A stretch of DNA of 63,470 nucleotides, filler included, from Intoshia linei (taxonomy: Eukaryota; Animalia; Orthonectida): NCBI GenBank assembly GCA_001642005.1. It is 8 parts of 8 records of this genome, joined end to end, with 100 filler letters (N's around TTAATTAATTAA, not from the genome) between each part and the next. Parts side by side here need not be neighbours in the genome. Positions count along the whole stretch, not along the records: positions 37,045 to 53,630 come from LWCA01000850.1; positions 53,731 to 56,578 come from LWCA01002199.1; positions 56,679 to 60,520 come from LWCA01002023.1; positions 60,621 to 63,470 come from LWCA01002198.1; 4 more parts are not named here. One strand, given 5' to 3'. A program made the translations under genes and the position numbers. Position 1 is the stretch's first letter, and each line of letters starts with the position of its first letter. The notes under the pieces are model-generated. The model saw only the letters and a program-made list of their open reading frames with translations, was not told where the DNA came from and searched no databases. This document shows, piece by piece, positions 48,601 to 62,886 of this stretch.

Positions 48601-51600
48601 AATAATACAATCCAACCTAAAAATTCTACTATCATTAAGGAAATAATAATTTTTTGTTGGTGTTAACAGGATACAACTGTACCACCTGTAAATTTGTTTA
48701 AATTCTAGGGCTGTTTTCATAAAAAAAAGGGTAATTTGTGGTTTTGGCCCTGAAGATATAATTTTTTTAATTTAAATTTATTATAATGTTTATGCTTTTA
48801 AAATACGTATCAGCGTATATATTTTTTTAAATTCTCCAACTCATTTGATTTTCAAAAAAAAGGACAATTGTGGTTTTTGACCCGTAAGATATGAGTTTGG
48901 GAGGTTGAAATTTATTTTGCTAACACCTCTGGAAAAAACTGTTATTGAAATAAAGTGGAACACACACACACACAAACAAATATTGCGTAGCATATATTAT
49001 AATTAATGATATGTAGTCAGTGTAAGGATTAATCTAATACAATTTTGTTTTGTAAATTACAGTGTTATTAAATCAGATTGATCTTCAATTTTTCGTCTAA
49101 TCGTATTTTCTTTATTTCCATACTTTTGTATAAAGGTTTGGATTTCAGCTTTTATATAAGAAAGACGCTTCAACTAAATAATTAGATTAGCGGCTAGATA
49201 CATATACATTTAAAATTCAAAAATGAATGAATTAACTGTCTGCTCTGTTAAAATTTTTTTTTGTCTATACGGGATAAATTTTCCATGCCAATAGTTGAGA
49301 TCTAAAAACTCTGGTGCATGTGATTCTTTATTTAATTCTCGAATAACTGCATCCAAACCGCGTTGATATTTTTTTGAAATAATTTCACTATTGGTTTTAT
49401 CTATATTGTATAAATTTAAATTGTCATTTTCTCTGTCATTAAAAAAATTAATATAATGCTAAAGTAGACGGAGAAGGTAGAAGACAAAAACGGAATTAAT
49501 TTTAGTACAAAATAAAATCCATCGCATTCTGTGTCGGTATGCGACAATACTAATTAAATTTATTATAATTTTACCATTAAAAGGATTATCTGTTTTATTT
49601 TCAACAAATCCAAAACTATGATCCAATGTTGATTTCAATGATAAAATTCTAACAAAATTTGATAAAATTTAAATGTTATTATATTAATACCCGGGTCTCT
49701 TCTTAAATAATTTATATAATTGATCCATTAATGTACTGGAAACATCGTTAAATTCTTTCTTAAACTGTTTGTCCATAACTTTATCTTCGGCAAATAAAAT
49801 TTCATATTGTTCTCTTACAACATCCAAAACTTTTTTAAATTCCTTATTTTTATTTGACGCCTCAATCTAATGAGAATATTAAAATAATTAAAATAAACTT
49901 CATTTAACATTAAAACCTTTTCTAATTTCAACACTTCAATTTTTTCTTTAAAGTCATTTTCTGATATTTCATGTGTCTCTTGACAAGCCAATGTTAAATT
50001 TATTCGGCAAATTTTTAATTCTTCCTACAAAGAATGTAAATGAAAATTTAACATTTAAAAGTAACGTAAATATACCTGCTTGATGGCTATATCTGATTCA
50101 ATTTTTATGTTTGATAATTTAGCAACCATTGAATCAAAATTCTTAACAACGTCTTGTATTAAACCTTTCAATTTTATGTATTCTAGTTCCAGTTGCTAAA
50201 TTTTTTATGTACATGTAGTATTGAAATTTGGAGTGAACCTTTCTAAACCTCTCTCTTTCTTCATTCAAATTGTAAACTTTTTTTTCATAATCAGCTGCCA
50301 TTTTTGACTGTTCTTCGGTCCATTCAGATTCATCAAAATGTTTCATAAATTCAGGTTTTATAATATCCTAATTTTTAAATTATTTTTAAAGCATTGATAA
50401 TTGAAAAAATTATTAAAATTAAAATTCATTCACTTTTTTTAATTCATCTTCTTTTCGAATTTCCAAAACACCGTCCATCATTAATAATAATCCTCTTTCT
50501 CTCCAATTGTCGGATTTTTCTTGAATCAATTTTTCTTGTTCTAATGCTTTTTCGTGTGACATTCTTTTTTCTTCCTCTTCTGAGTAATATTTTTCGACTT
50601 TAATTTCTTCGTCTTTAATTGATAAAACCATTTCTGGTTTTTCTAATACACTTATTTGATATTTTGGTAAAACATCACACAATGATAGTTCATTTTGAAT
50701 GTACAACATGCGATTATTCCATTTCTCCATTTTTTTTAATTCATCATTTTTTATATCCATTAACTTATCAAATTCTTTGTTTACCGACAGTTTAACATTT
50801 TTTATACACATCTATATATTATAAAAATTAGTACTATTATTACGTGTATGGTAATTACATTTGATAGATTCAATTTATTTATTTATTGGTATATCATTAG
50901 ATATTACTTATTTATATTATATATTATATATGTTGGTATTTCATAAAATGCATGAACCATCATGAGTGTCCCTGAATTTAAGAAAATGAAAAATTTTATA
51001 TAATATAAAATTTGGTTTGGAAATTGTTATTATTCGGAACAGATAAGAAATATACATAACCGAATTATAAATCATTATAAATTATAATTATAAGTTCAAC
51101 AAATGATAGGTTGTATGTAATTAAGTAACGAGAATATATATCAGGTTTGTGGTTATGTCGTGTAACAATGTACATGAAAAAAATTTTCATTTTTGATCAG
51201 TCAAAACTCGGTCGGCTTAAAAACATCTGCAATACAACTCTGATATGATATAATATTGTATAATTATTAATTAATGAAATTTTGGAAAAGTTAAAAAAAT
51301 GAGAAAATTGTGTTTAAAAAGTGAAAATTTAGGTTGGAAAATAAAATATTATTGATGTAATAAAAATTGCAGACTTTTTACTAACAATTCAAAAATCTGA
51401 GTGTCAAAATTTAAAATTAAATTTGATTTTTAAAAATAAACATTTTTGATATTGATTTAAAAAATTTGTAACTATCGATTTTTAAGTTTAATTTAAATTC
51501 TAATTTATAGTATTTCAATTTCCAAATCACATTTTATTGAATTTAGTCGTTTATTATGAATTTATAATTAATTATGATTATTATAGTTTATTAATTAATG

Positions 51601-53630
51601 ACTTAATTAATTCAATACTGACTTTAAAATAAAGAAATTCACATTACGAGAAAACAGGGTAATTATACAGTACATTTTATTTTTGTTACTTCTTACTACT
51701 ATTTTTAGTTCATCTTATTTACTTTAAATTTAATTAAAATTTAATATATATATAGAAACATTCGGTTGTATTCAGAGTTAGTTAATATTTTTACGCTGTA
51801 CAATTCATACAGATTAGTGTATAAAATAAACCTTGATGAAAGAAATTTGTCTTATCATTTTTTCTCGTGTATTTAACTCAAATTGACTGTACACAAATTT
51901 GTTCAATCCATCAAATTTTGGAGCTAGATAAATGTATTTAGATGAATAGATCAGTTGTTTTAATCAAATAAAAGAAAATCAATTAGTAAAAATAAAAATA
52001 AGGGGTAATCTCTCATTTTACGAATGTATATTGAAGATTTTTCACATTCTCTATGTACCTAGAAAAATGTCTGACGTGACAAGTTTGACTGTAGAGTGGT
52101 GACCAGAGATTGGAAATAATTGATTGCAATCAATTATTTTGTATAAACTATTAATTGATTTTTTTTCAATTATTTTGAATAATTAATTGCAATTAAATTG
52201 GTTGGAATTAATTGATTCTAATCCCTGGTTGCGACTCGCCACTGGCGAGTTATGGCTTATAATATATTATATTTGATTTTTAAAAAAAAGGACAATTGGG
52301 GTTTTTGACCCGTAAGATGTGAGTTTGGGAGGTTGAAATTTATTTTGCTAACACCCCGGAAAAAACTGTAATTGAAATGTGAACTTTATAAAATTCTAAG
52401 ACTGGTAGTTATTTCAATAAACGATAACACAAACAAATATTGCATAGTATATTATAATATGCTATGATTATATAAGTACGCACACACAAAATATATTGCA
52501 TAGTATATTATATAAGTAAGGATGAGTTATAAATACGTTATCAATTTAGCGGTTATATTACCTACTGATCCATAACATGTTTTACTACCAATTAGCGTTT
52601 TGACTTTATCATCCGGATCGCCCAAATTATCAGTAAATAATTCAATTGCTCTAATATTTGAATGTTCTTCCATAATACATTTGTCTTCCATAGTTTCAAT
52701 CTCCATTGTATAAGATTCAACAGTTGAATTATCTTCAAAAGCCTACAAAATCATTAAATATTGAGTAAAAGAAGTGTTTTTATTTATTATTATTGTAATT
52801 TTGGTTTTAATATACACTTTTAATTTGTATATGAATTACACTAATAACACGCCCTTTAAGTTCCATTGAATCCCAGCATTCTTCTTTTATAACTTTGGCC
52901 ATATTTAAATAATTTTTATTGATATTTAATTGCTCTTCGTTTTTCTATGATATTAAAGTAAATTAAACACTTTACCGTTCAACGAAGTTGATTATATTAA
53001 CTAAAAGAATAGCTAATATTAATATATCTGAAAATTTACTATTTACTTGGAAAAACATTATAAGACACATTTTGATCCTAAGACTAACTATTAATAGTAT
53101 CTGAGGAGTAAACGTAAAAATTAACTTAATAATCTTTCCAAAAATCCTCATATTTTTTAGATGAGAGACTCATCATACCCAATTAAAATGTTACATACTC
53201 TTTAGTTTGCATTTACCGTAATAAGTAAATTATGCTTAGATTAAATTAAAAAATGACTTGATTCAAAGTTTTATCAAATGTAGTTTGAAGTCTTTTTTGT
53301 TCAGCAACATCTAGATCAAACATTGTTCTATTTAATTTTTCTATATCTGACTTATTTTCATTTTCATCCAGCATTCTTTTCGTCTATGATAGCAAAAATT
53401 AAAAAAATATCAATTAAAATATTAAATAATTCATCAAATAAAATTATATAAACCCAATTCCTTAATTTCCCAATTTCTCGTTTAAGTTTCGATGTGGTTG
53501 GCTTCAGAACAATAGATTCTTGATCAAATTTCTAACGTACATTAAATTTGAAATTTAAAAATATATATTCAATGCTAACTTTTTTATTTTGCAAATCACA
53601 CCAAGTTTCTTCCGGTATAGCAAAATCTTC
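45669..53630 (-). CDS. CFAP43: Cilia- and flagella-associated protein 43, C-terminal coiled-coil half, many exons; 5' part beyond gap
   Basis: [28 protein letters not shown]...LYKLFKKRP and C-terminal [28 protein letters not shown], which matches the CFAP43 C-terminus as recalled. Confidence 0.85.
46883..47796. mobile_element. Tigger-like MITE containing a nested DINE/Helentron-like repeat, within a CFAP43 intron
   Basis: TA-CAGTGGTTTATC...GATAAACCACTG-TA, with an internal repeat copy at 46985-47640. Confidence 0.8.
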
Positions 53631-53730
53631 NNNNNNNNNNNNNNNNNNNNNNNNNNNNNNNNNNNNNNNNNNNNTTAATTAATTAANNNNNNNNNNNNNN
53701 NNNNNNNNNNNNNNNNNNNNNNNNNNNNNN

Positions 53731-54762
53731 TAATCCAGGAAAAAGTCACAAATATGGAATAAAAATGTTCAAATTATGTGACATTGACATGTCACAGTTA
53801 TTGATCTAGGTAAACAATTACTGAATTCGGTAGAGTATTTGTGGCTAATAACTAATACAGCAGTATTTCCCTTGCAAAATATTTACCAAAAAATTAAACG
53901 AAGTATTATGGAACTCTCCGGAAATATCTGCCATATGAAGTAACGAAAGCAGTCATTATCACATCTCAGATTTGTGGAGCTGTCAACACAGATGGTATAC
54001 GGATCATGAAATATTATGATAAAAGAGAAGTATTGATGATATCTACATTTCATGGAATGAATTATGATTTGATTAAAAGGAAGTGGAGGAATGGTAAAGA
54101 AATATCGAAACCTTGTGTAATCCCTGGATTATAACAGAGTGAAAGAGGGAATTGATTTATCTGACCAATTAATAGAATACTATAATCCTGCTAAAAAATC
54201 TATAAAATGGTACAGAAAAATTGTTTTTCAATTGATCAGTATATCCGTGTTGAATAGCTCTATAATTTATAATAACTATTATAATCTTATCTCAAAAATG
54301 ACACTAGCCGAATTCTCTAAGTCAATTATTAAGGAATTAATTAAACCAAAAACGGCTTGTACCAATTCTAAGCCAAAATCCCATCCATTAACAATAATTG
54401 GATCGCGAAATGGAAAATTTATTCAGAGGCGATGTAAGAGCTGCTATCAAGTTTTATCCAACAATAATAACCGGGAAAATTCTCAACTCAGAACAAAAAA
54501 AACGACCACGGAATGTTAACTTTGCAACGAAGCTCTTTCTCTACTTTGCTACAATCCAAAACATGAAAATCTATAGCCTTATTATCATATATACTTTAAT
54601 TAAATTATTATAATTTTTTGAAGATTATTTAGTTTATTTGATATCATTAATAAATTTAATTAAAAAAATTCCTAAAAACACGCTATAAAGTTTTAAGAGC
54701 ATAAATAAAGTTTGACAAGATATTTACTGAGTACCACTGGTGGTTCTCAAACAGTGAAAGGG
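53731..54762 (+). mobile_element. Degenerate piggyBac transposon, 3' part
   Basis: PGKSHKYGIK, DKREVLMISTFH, GIDLSDQ, KWYRKIVF and Cys-rich RRCKSC with frameshifts. Right end ...AAAGGG followed by TTAA. Confidence 0.9.
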
Positions 54763-54837
54763 TTAAAATTTAATAATTTATAGAAAATGTAATATTATTT
54801 ATAACAAAAATTAAATTATCTTTAGCTAAATAAAATA

Positions 54838-55496
54838 TTGAAATTACAAAAAGGTACACCGATTTTTGCATTAAATAGTTATCTTTTTACAATCAAAAGA
54901 GAGAAAAATGACTGTATTCATTGGAGGTGTAAAGTTCGAAGTTGTAGATCTCATGCATTAACAAATATAAATTTGGATTGCTTAAATGATAGTTTTTTGA
55001 AAGAAATTACTGATCCTTTGGAAATAAGTAAATTGAAAAATAAGAATGATATGAAAAGGAAATCCATTAAAGCAGTTACAGAGAGTCCGTTATCTATTGT
55101 TACTGATATTATGTCTGGTGATCCAAGTAATATTATTATATGTACAGGAACGGAGAATGCATTAACTAAAATAATACGGAGGTATAGGGTCCGCGGGTGA
55201 ATTTAGAATCTATTGCACATCCTGATTTCGCAATTTATGAAAAATTAAAAATATCAAAAAGAAAAGAACAGTTTTATAGATATGGCCCAGGAAATTATTG
55301 TTCTCTTCCAATTTATGAAAATATTGCAATGTTTTTTACAAATTCTATGATATCGATCTTACATAACGAAAAAGTATGTTCAATAGATGGAACATTCTAT
55401 GTTATACATAAACCACATTATCAACTATACAATATATCAATAATTAAGAATCATCATGTTGTACCAGTCATGTATTGTTTATTAAAAAATAAGTGA
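54838..55496 (+). mobile_element. Degenerate Mutator (MULE) transposase
   Basis: FLYWCH-like HWRCKVRSC, then SIDGTF...YQLYNI...VPVMYCLL; frameshifted. Confidence 0.85.
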
Positions 55497-56339
55497 AAAA
55501 CTACATATATTCAACCCATTGTTTAATTATAATCGTCCCCACTACATGGTTGTTTTAATGTATATATTTTATATTCATTTATTTTATAAATGAAGCACGG
55601 TATGGGACATTTTGTACATAGACATAGATAGATGGATTTTTCCGTTAAAGGTTGGTAAAACTAGAATTTTTCTTTTTAGGGTTGTTAAAACTGAATTTTT
55701 CATATTATTGTTGGTAAATTTTGATTACTAAAAATTTTAGTAAAAATGGTTGGATTTAAGTAGACACCCTTATAAAATTATCAGTAGTATAAAAATTCAT
55801 TTATTTTATAAATCAAGCACAGTCTGGGACATTTCGTACGCGTACCGAAGTTTCCATAAGTAAGTGACTTTATATCTCTTGATACCGATTCGTCAAGTTT
55901 TCTCGACACTACTCCTTTTAAAGAATCTTTGGGTCAGAAATATACTATGGATAATTTTAACACTAAATTCATTTGTCTTTTAAATAAATGTTTTTTCTTT
56001 TTAATTAATTTCTTGTTCAATAACTGCTATTTGGATCCCACTCATCCATCTCGTATACCGTTAATTTAATCATTTTCCTTCAAAGTTGTTTTATTGATCT
56101 TTTCAAATCTTTTATTTGATAAAGATAAAAGTGCATGAAGTAAAAATCTACGTAATCTAAGTAATCTACGAAAAATCAACCTGGTGGATTGTTTTGATAT
56201 CCTTAACACAGTGTGAATTAAACATGTTAAGATAAAAAAATTAAAAATTGCTTCACTGAAGCTGGATTTAATTTTAATGATAATTGTAATAATAATTTTA
56301 CTCAATTTGTACATAAAGCACTATAAATAATTAAAGTTG

Positions 56340-56578
56340 GTAACTTTGAGCTGTTAGAACACAGGTGAGCCTTGACAATTGTATGCGATATGTTAACACA
56401 CAGTGCTAAATAAACATCAAATCATATTGAAAACGTTTATTTGCTTGTATGCTTGTAAGCACCAGTTTTACCATGCGCAGATCGAATATAAAATTGAATA
56501 ACCAAATTATCGCTGCTCATAAAAAGCATCCACAGAGAAGTCAAAAAACAATTGCATGGTTATGTGGGGTATCACAAC
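56340..56578 (+). mobile_element. Possible Tc1/mariner 5' fragment (HTH), truncated by gap
   Basis: QIIAAHKKHPQRSQKTIAWLCGVSQ resembles a transposase HTH. Confidence 0.45.
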
Positions 56579-56753
56579 NNNNNNNNNNNNNNNNNNNNNN
56601 NNNNNNNNNNNNNNNNNNNNNNTTAATTAATTAANNNNNNNNNNNNNNNNNNNNNNNNNNNNNNNNNNNNNNNNNNNNAAATAACTTAGGTACTAAGGTG
56701 TAAAAAAACAAGTATACAATTCAAAATAAAATTTTAATAAACACATAACCAAA

Positions 56754-59700
56754 TTATTTTCCAAAACAGCATTTTATATTACAACATTTAATTAAACAGC
56801 AAATACTGATTATAATTGCAATAATCACCAGACATGAAAATACAATTATAATAATTTTATTATTAGATAAATCCCCCTGTTTATAATTTTCACATCTGTC
56901 ACCTACATAATATATAGGACAATTACATCCGTCAGAATTTTTGTTACATTCTCCACCATTCAAGCAATAATGGATTGTGCAAGTTACTAAAATACATTTT
57001 TAAAATAGTAGCGATTAATTTCAAGTACAAGTTCAAGTAAAAAAATAATTAATGCATGAAATTTATAAATATATTTTTTTAAGAATAATTAATTTAATTT
57101 TATAGATTTCTATGTTATAAAAATGAACAAATTGAGAATGACGTAATTATCATAATTCAAATAAAAAACTTTAATCTAACATGCAATCAAAAGGTCGATA
57201 CACTGAAAAAAATTGTGAAATAACTATACATATTTAAGATGTTTACTAAAAACATCTTATAATGTTTTAGAAAGTAGTAACAATTTTGGAATTATGCCAA
57301 TTTTTTTGGACAATCTGTTCTAATTATACTCTAAAATTTTTTAATTTTTGCTACTATTTAGTATCCAAAGAATGTCATATTAAAGAGATTAATGTAATTG
57401 AACAAATTGGCGTTTCAATATATTTACCTTTTTTTATACAATTTTCTTTTTCATCAATAATGACACCATTGCAAAAACAAACTGTTTTTGAGTCTCCATC
57501 GCTGTCTACACAATATTCGTTTTTTCCGCATTTTTTGTACAAGCAAGCTAAATTAAAAAATCAATTAATAAAAATATCAACTATAAATAATTAGCATATC
57601 AATGCATCAATTATTGTATTTGTCTTTATAAATTTTATGCACCACAAATAATTTTAAGATTTAAATTTTTAGAGTTCTAATTTTGCTATCGAGGTTTGAC
57701 TCTGATCGTAAATATTTAATACAATTTATTATTAAATTTATTACAATTTATGGATTCACAATTATCTCCTCCGTATCCATCCTGACAGATGCACATCGTT
57801 GTATTGTGTTGTTGTATGCAGTATTTATTGGATTCACATTTTATTATATTACACAGACTTTCATCTAATTTTATTCTTTTATCGAATATAAATAATTAAC
57901 CGAATTGATTCTGGAAATCATCACTGCTAATGAAACAAATAATTGGTCAACAGAAAAAATTTAAAAAATAAATACATATTGAACTAAAAACGTAAAAACA
58001 TTAATTTGAAATATTCGGTCTATAATAAAAATTATTTAAAATTTCTGTATTAGAGTAATCAAGTTTTCATATATGCTATATCCAAATTAATATTACATTT
58101 TAAAATATGAAAAAAATGTGCTTAATCACTTTCAACTTAAATTCTCCCAATAAAAGTAATAATTACCGTATTTTATACAGTCAGGTGAAATATATCCTTT
58201 TTTACATTTACAACTTTTAGAAACAGTATCACATACTTCATTTTCTCTGCAGGTGATATGATTGCATAATAAATAATCTGGAAATATAAAATTTATAAAA
58301 ATTTGGTACATTTTTTATCTTTTAATTTACATTTAATAAAGTGTTAAACGATAAACTATTATAATAGTTTGATTTTATAAATTAATAACATTACACCAAT
58401 AAAAACTTAAAATATTTTATCCTTCGTATATACATATTAAAACTAACATCATATCAAATTTTAACAATCATCAAAATGTTAACTAATAAAATATATAATT
58501 AAAAAACCTGTTATATTCATATACATGTAAATTTTTTTAAATTCAAAAAAATCGTCTTTATAGCAAGATATTCTATTGCTCGATTCTTGATACAATTCAA
58601 TTCGATGATTTGTTTCATTTTTATATAAATTCTAAAATAAATCTTTATAACGGTTAAATTTAAAATATGTAGTGTATAGTAATATTAATGTAAAAATAAT
58701 ACCGCACAATAATAATTCATGCTTGTAAATTTTGTATAATTATTCGTTTTTAATTCTTCTAATATTATATATGTCCAATCGGTATTGTCTTGAAAAGTAT
58801 ACACACACTTAAAAGCTAAATAATATAATTTATGTAATCAAGTAGTTAAAATATTTTTCCGTAAATCTTTTACTAATAGATTTTCAACTATACCAATAAA
58901 TATTAAAATATTTTTTATTAACAGCCCAACCACCATACCTCCCTTTCTCTTAAAATCATAAATAGGTTTCTAAATGCATTTTTGCAAACGATGCGTAATC
59001 AAGTTGCTAACAAACATAGTCACTAGTTGTATCTTCACGGATCAGGACTGGATAGTTTACATTTGAAACACAAAATAGTTATGATATTGAAAAATTATTC
59101 CCTGTTATACTTGGTTAATGATTCCATATCTATTTTATTTTGTGTAGTTGTAAAAAAACCATGCCATAGATCAGGGATCGGCAACCAGTGGCCCCCAGAA
59201 TAATTCTGGTGGCAGTTTACGTAAATGTGTAAATTATTTTTTTTTAAATTTTTCTACGTTTAATCACGTTTCTAGCATAATTGACTTATTTTAATCATTT
59301 TAACTGTGCATTTTCAGATAGCCCTGGATATTATGTTGTTGTATATTAGAACCGTTTCTCTTTAGTTAAAATTGCAATTTATCATGTATAAATTGTCAAA
59401 AACGGGGTTCCGAAGAATTTTTTGATATAAAAAAGTGGCCCACAAGACGATAAATATTGCTGATCATTGCCATAGATGATACAATAACCTTTTCAAAAAA
59501 ATATGATTAGCCACTGAAACTGTGGAAACCTCTATTACTAAAGGGGAAATTTAAATAAGCGTTGTTTCAAATGTATGTGTAATATTAGAAATTTGTTAAA
59601 ATAACATTATTATTAGTATTAGTTATAATAAAAATGTTGATAAATGTCAAATAATTGCCGTATTGTAATTAATTATCATTTACTTAAGTATTTGTCTTAA

Positions 59701-59902
59701 GTATAATTAATAAAAAATGGGAATGTAACGTAAAGTTTTGTATATTGATTATATTAATTATTAAATTAATTACTTTTATTTATGCAATTTGTTATTTTTA
59801 TACTTGTTTCAGTAATTTCAATTTTACATGATTGGGCTTGGTTGCTAGAAGTATGACCTCTGAATATTCCTTTAGGTAGTAAACATGGACTGTATGTGTT
59901 TT
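56754..59902 (-). CDS. Type I membrane protein with at least four EGF-like repeats, one per exon; 5' exons uncertain
   Basis: Phase-1 exons CNHITCRENEVCDTVSKSCKCKKGYISPDC (~58167-58277), CNIIKCESNKYC...CICQDGYGGDNC (~57745-57864), CLYKKCGKNEYC...CFC (~57428-57547), and CTIHYCLNGGEC...CNCPIYYVGDRC followed by the TM helix IIIIVFSCLVIIAIIISI. Confidence 0.8.
59172..59469. mobile_element. hAT MITE
   Basis: CAGGGATCGGCAA / TTGCTGATCATTG termini with TSD CCATAGAT. Confidence 0.85.
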
Positions 59903-60837
59903 CTATAACATTAAAAAAATTATATATTTTTATTATTATATATATTATATATTATTATTATTGTACTATATATTATTATTATTATATTATATATTATTAT
60001 TATATATTATAATTATATATATTTTAATTCAAATTTTTAAATATTTTTATACTTTATAAATATTTTAAAATATTCACTGACAAAACGAAACAAAAGCTTT
60101 AAACATGATTTCAGCATATACGTTGAGATCAATATATATGTTTAATGTAAATATATAAAATTTAAATTATATTACCTGCTAACATGATATCGAAAGATTC
60201 TAAAATATAAATAAATGATATAAAAGTAATCCAAGATTAAAGTTTTGCTAAGTGCAGTGATGCAGTGAATCCACCAGTGGTCAACAGAAAAATTTTGGTG
60301 GTCCTCATAAAGCTACAATATATTATTTTAAATATATCCATTAAAAATTTTTATTATCGCTATTAAACTGTTATACATCCTAACTTATATAATTAATTAA
60401 TATATAAAACTGTCACACGCAACTTTATCAGTATTTGAACCTAATTTATAAAATTTTTGAACACCTCTATTGTACAGTGTATCCTGTTAACACACATATT
60501 TTTTTTTCAAAATATTTTATNNNNNNNNNNNNNNNNNNNNNNNNNNNNNNNNNNNNNNNNNNNNTTAATTAATTAANNNNNNNNNNNNNNNNNNNNNNNN
60601 NNNNNNNNNNNNNNNNNNNNTAATCAAATAAACTTTTTAATTTTGTTAAAAAAACGACATTACTTATGAAACGATAATTGTAAACTCGTGAATGTCAGAT
60701 ACAACACCATCGTTCTTACAATTTTTTTCTCATCCTGTATAACCCTGTATTTTTATTCTTAGAAAAAAGTTAACACCCTATTGCACACTTCTAACTAAAC
60801 TATACAGTAAACATTTTAATTTAGTAAAAATACAAAA

Positions 60838-62886
60838 TTATTTTGTTTTGGGATCATTATTTAATTTGATAATATCATCGACTCTTAAAATTGTAATGGC
60901 AGCCTCCGTTGATAATTTAAGCATTTTGTTTTTTGACATGTACGGTTCAAGTATTCCGGCCTTGTGGTTGTCGGATATATCCCCGTCATTGAGATCTAAT
61001 CCATAATATTTGTACAACTCCCACCTATCTCCATTAATTTGTGCATAAAAATGAAAAGCTCGTAATTGACAAACTAAATCCAATGAATCAATTCCTGCGT
61101 TCAAACTTAATTGTTTGGGTATAACTAACAAAGATTTTGAAAAAGCAATAATAGCCAATTGTTCTTTAGTTTTCTAAAATATATTTTCAAAAGTTGTATT
61201 ATTCATATTCGCATGATCGGTCGACGCGACCACTTTTTGAAAAAAGTGGTTCGCTTAATTAATGGATATTGTAAACAATATAATTTACAATAGATTTAGC
61301 AAAATTTTCCAAGTGAATGGAGCACGCAACTTCAACAGAACCTCCACCACACACCAATTTTTTAGATTCCAATGCACGCTTAACAACATACATTCCATCT
61401 TCAATAGCTCTTTGAATTTCGTCCAAAGCCATATAATTCGGACCTCTCAAAATAATTGATGCAGCTGATTTAAATTTTGGGCTAAATTTGGAGGATTTAA
61501 AGTTTTAAATATACTTGTTGAAAATAATAATTTCTTCATCGCACATTTGTTCTAAGACCACAGACTCAGCATAACCCAAATATGAGCTATCAAAAGAATC
61601 GCTACCTTCCAACGTGGTTATAGATGTTACCAGTGTTGCTAAAATAGTTAGATCATGGTTAGATAAAATGATATAACACTCGAAATAACAAATATGAACC
61701 TCCAGTTGTTTTTGATAAACGCTTAAGGTCTGATTTATTTACGCGACGGAGAACCATAATATTTGATTCTGTAAAATATTTCATATATTCGTCTCCCACG
61801 CCTCTTCCACACGCAATTACGTTAACAGATGACGAAATAATTTTAGTAACTTTTTCCAAAGTAATATCAAATTCTCTAAATCAAAAATGTCAAATTAAAA
61901 GACTGACTAACATTAAGCATGTAAAATTAAGCGTACTTGAGATTACTAATTATATAAGTAAAAGTTACCTTTTTCGAATAGCTTCCAATTTTTTGGGGTC
62001 ATTTACAACGATAGAAACATTAATTTTCATCTTGTGTCTAGCAATAGAAAAATCAAAAAGCGCAATTTTGGCATTATTGACGGATTTTATGCAAGCTAAA
62101 ATAAAAAGTAAAAAATACCTAATAAATTTACTCTGAGCAGCGGTTCCAGAATAAATCGCCACGCCATTAATGAACTTAGAATCAATCATAGACTTTCCGG
62201 GACATTTCACGATTTTTACAGATTTAATAGGGTAGGTATCAATTTTTCCGTCAGTTTTTTTTATGGTTTTAAGAACATCAATAATTATTTTAGAAAAATA
62301 TTCAGATTCAGATCTTATAATCTTACTAGATATACTGGTTTTAATGGCATTAATAACAACATCTTGGCTAATATTATTTGATGCAATAACCAAATTGGAA
62401 TTTATAAAACGAATAGATTCTTTGCAAGATATTTTATAACCATTATTTACAATGGTGGGATGCATATTTTCAGTGACAATCAATTCTTGAGCTTGTTTCA
62501 TTAATTCAGCAGCAAATAAAACTACACTGGTAGTACCATCACCCACCTCCTTTTCTTGTAATTTTGCTAGTTCTACCATTACTTTTGCAGCGGGATGCTC
62601 TATGTTTAACAATTTTAAAATTGTAGCACCATCGTTTGTTATTGTAACATCCTTAATTTTATTTTATATCAATTTTTTTTAAAATAAAATTACTCCAACT
62701 TCGTCTACCAAAATTTTATCCAATCCTAAAGGTCCAAAACTGGATTTAATGGTATTTGCTATTGTTAGGCATGCATTTACTAAAAATTTGTCATTTTACA
62801 AGCGATTATGTTGTAATAATACTATTCTGAGATCTTGCACTATGGCCAGTTTGGCGTGATCCGTCTAATGATAACATTGATCTCAT
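60838..62886 (-). CDS. TCP1: T-complex protein 1 subunit alpha (CCT1), multi-exon, complete
   Basis: [63 protein letters not shown] and [16 protein letters not shown]. Confidence 0.93.

Noticed and set aside
59920-60025. (TATTATA)-like low-complexity tract
   Set aside because: Simple AT microsatellite in an intron.
60176-60178. Minus-strand TAG|CAG|GTAA resembling a 3-nt exon of the EGF gene
   Set aside because: An upstream TTTAG gives an open 24-nt exon ending at the same donor, and there is no cluster of similar motifs.
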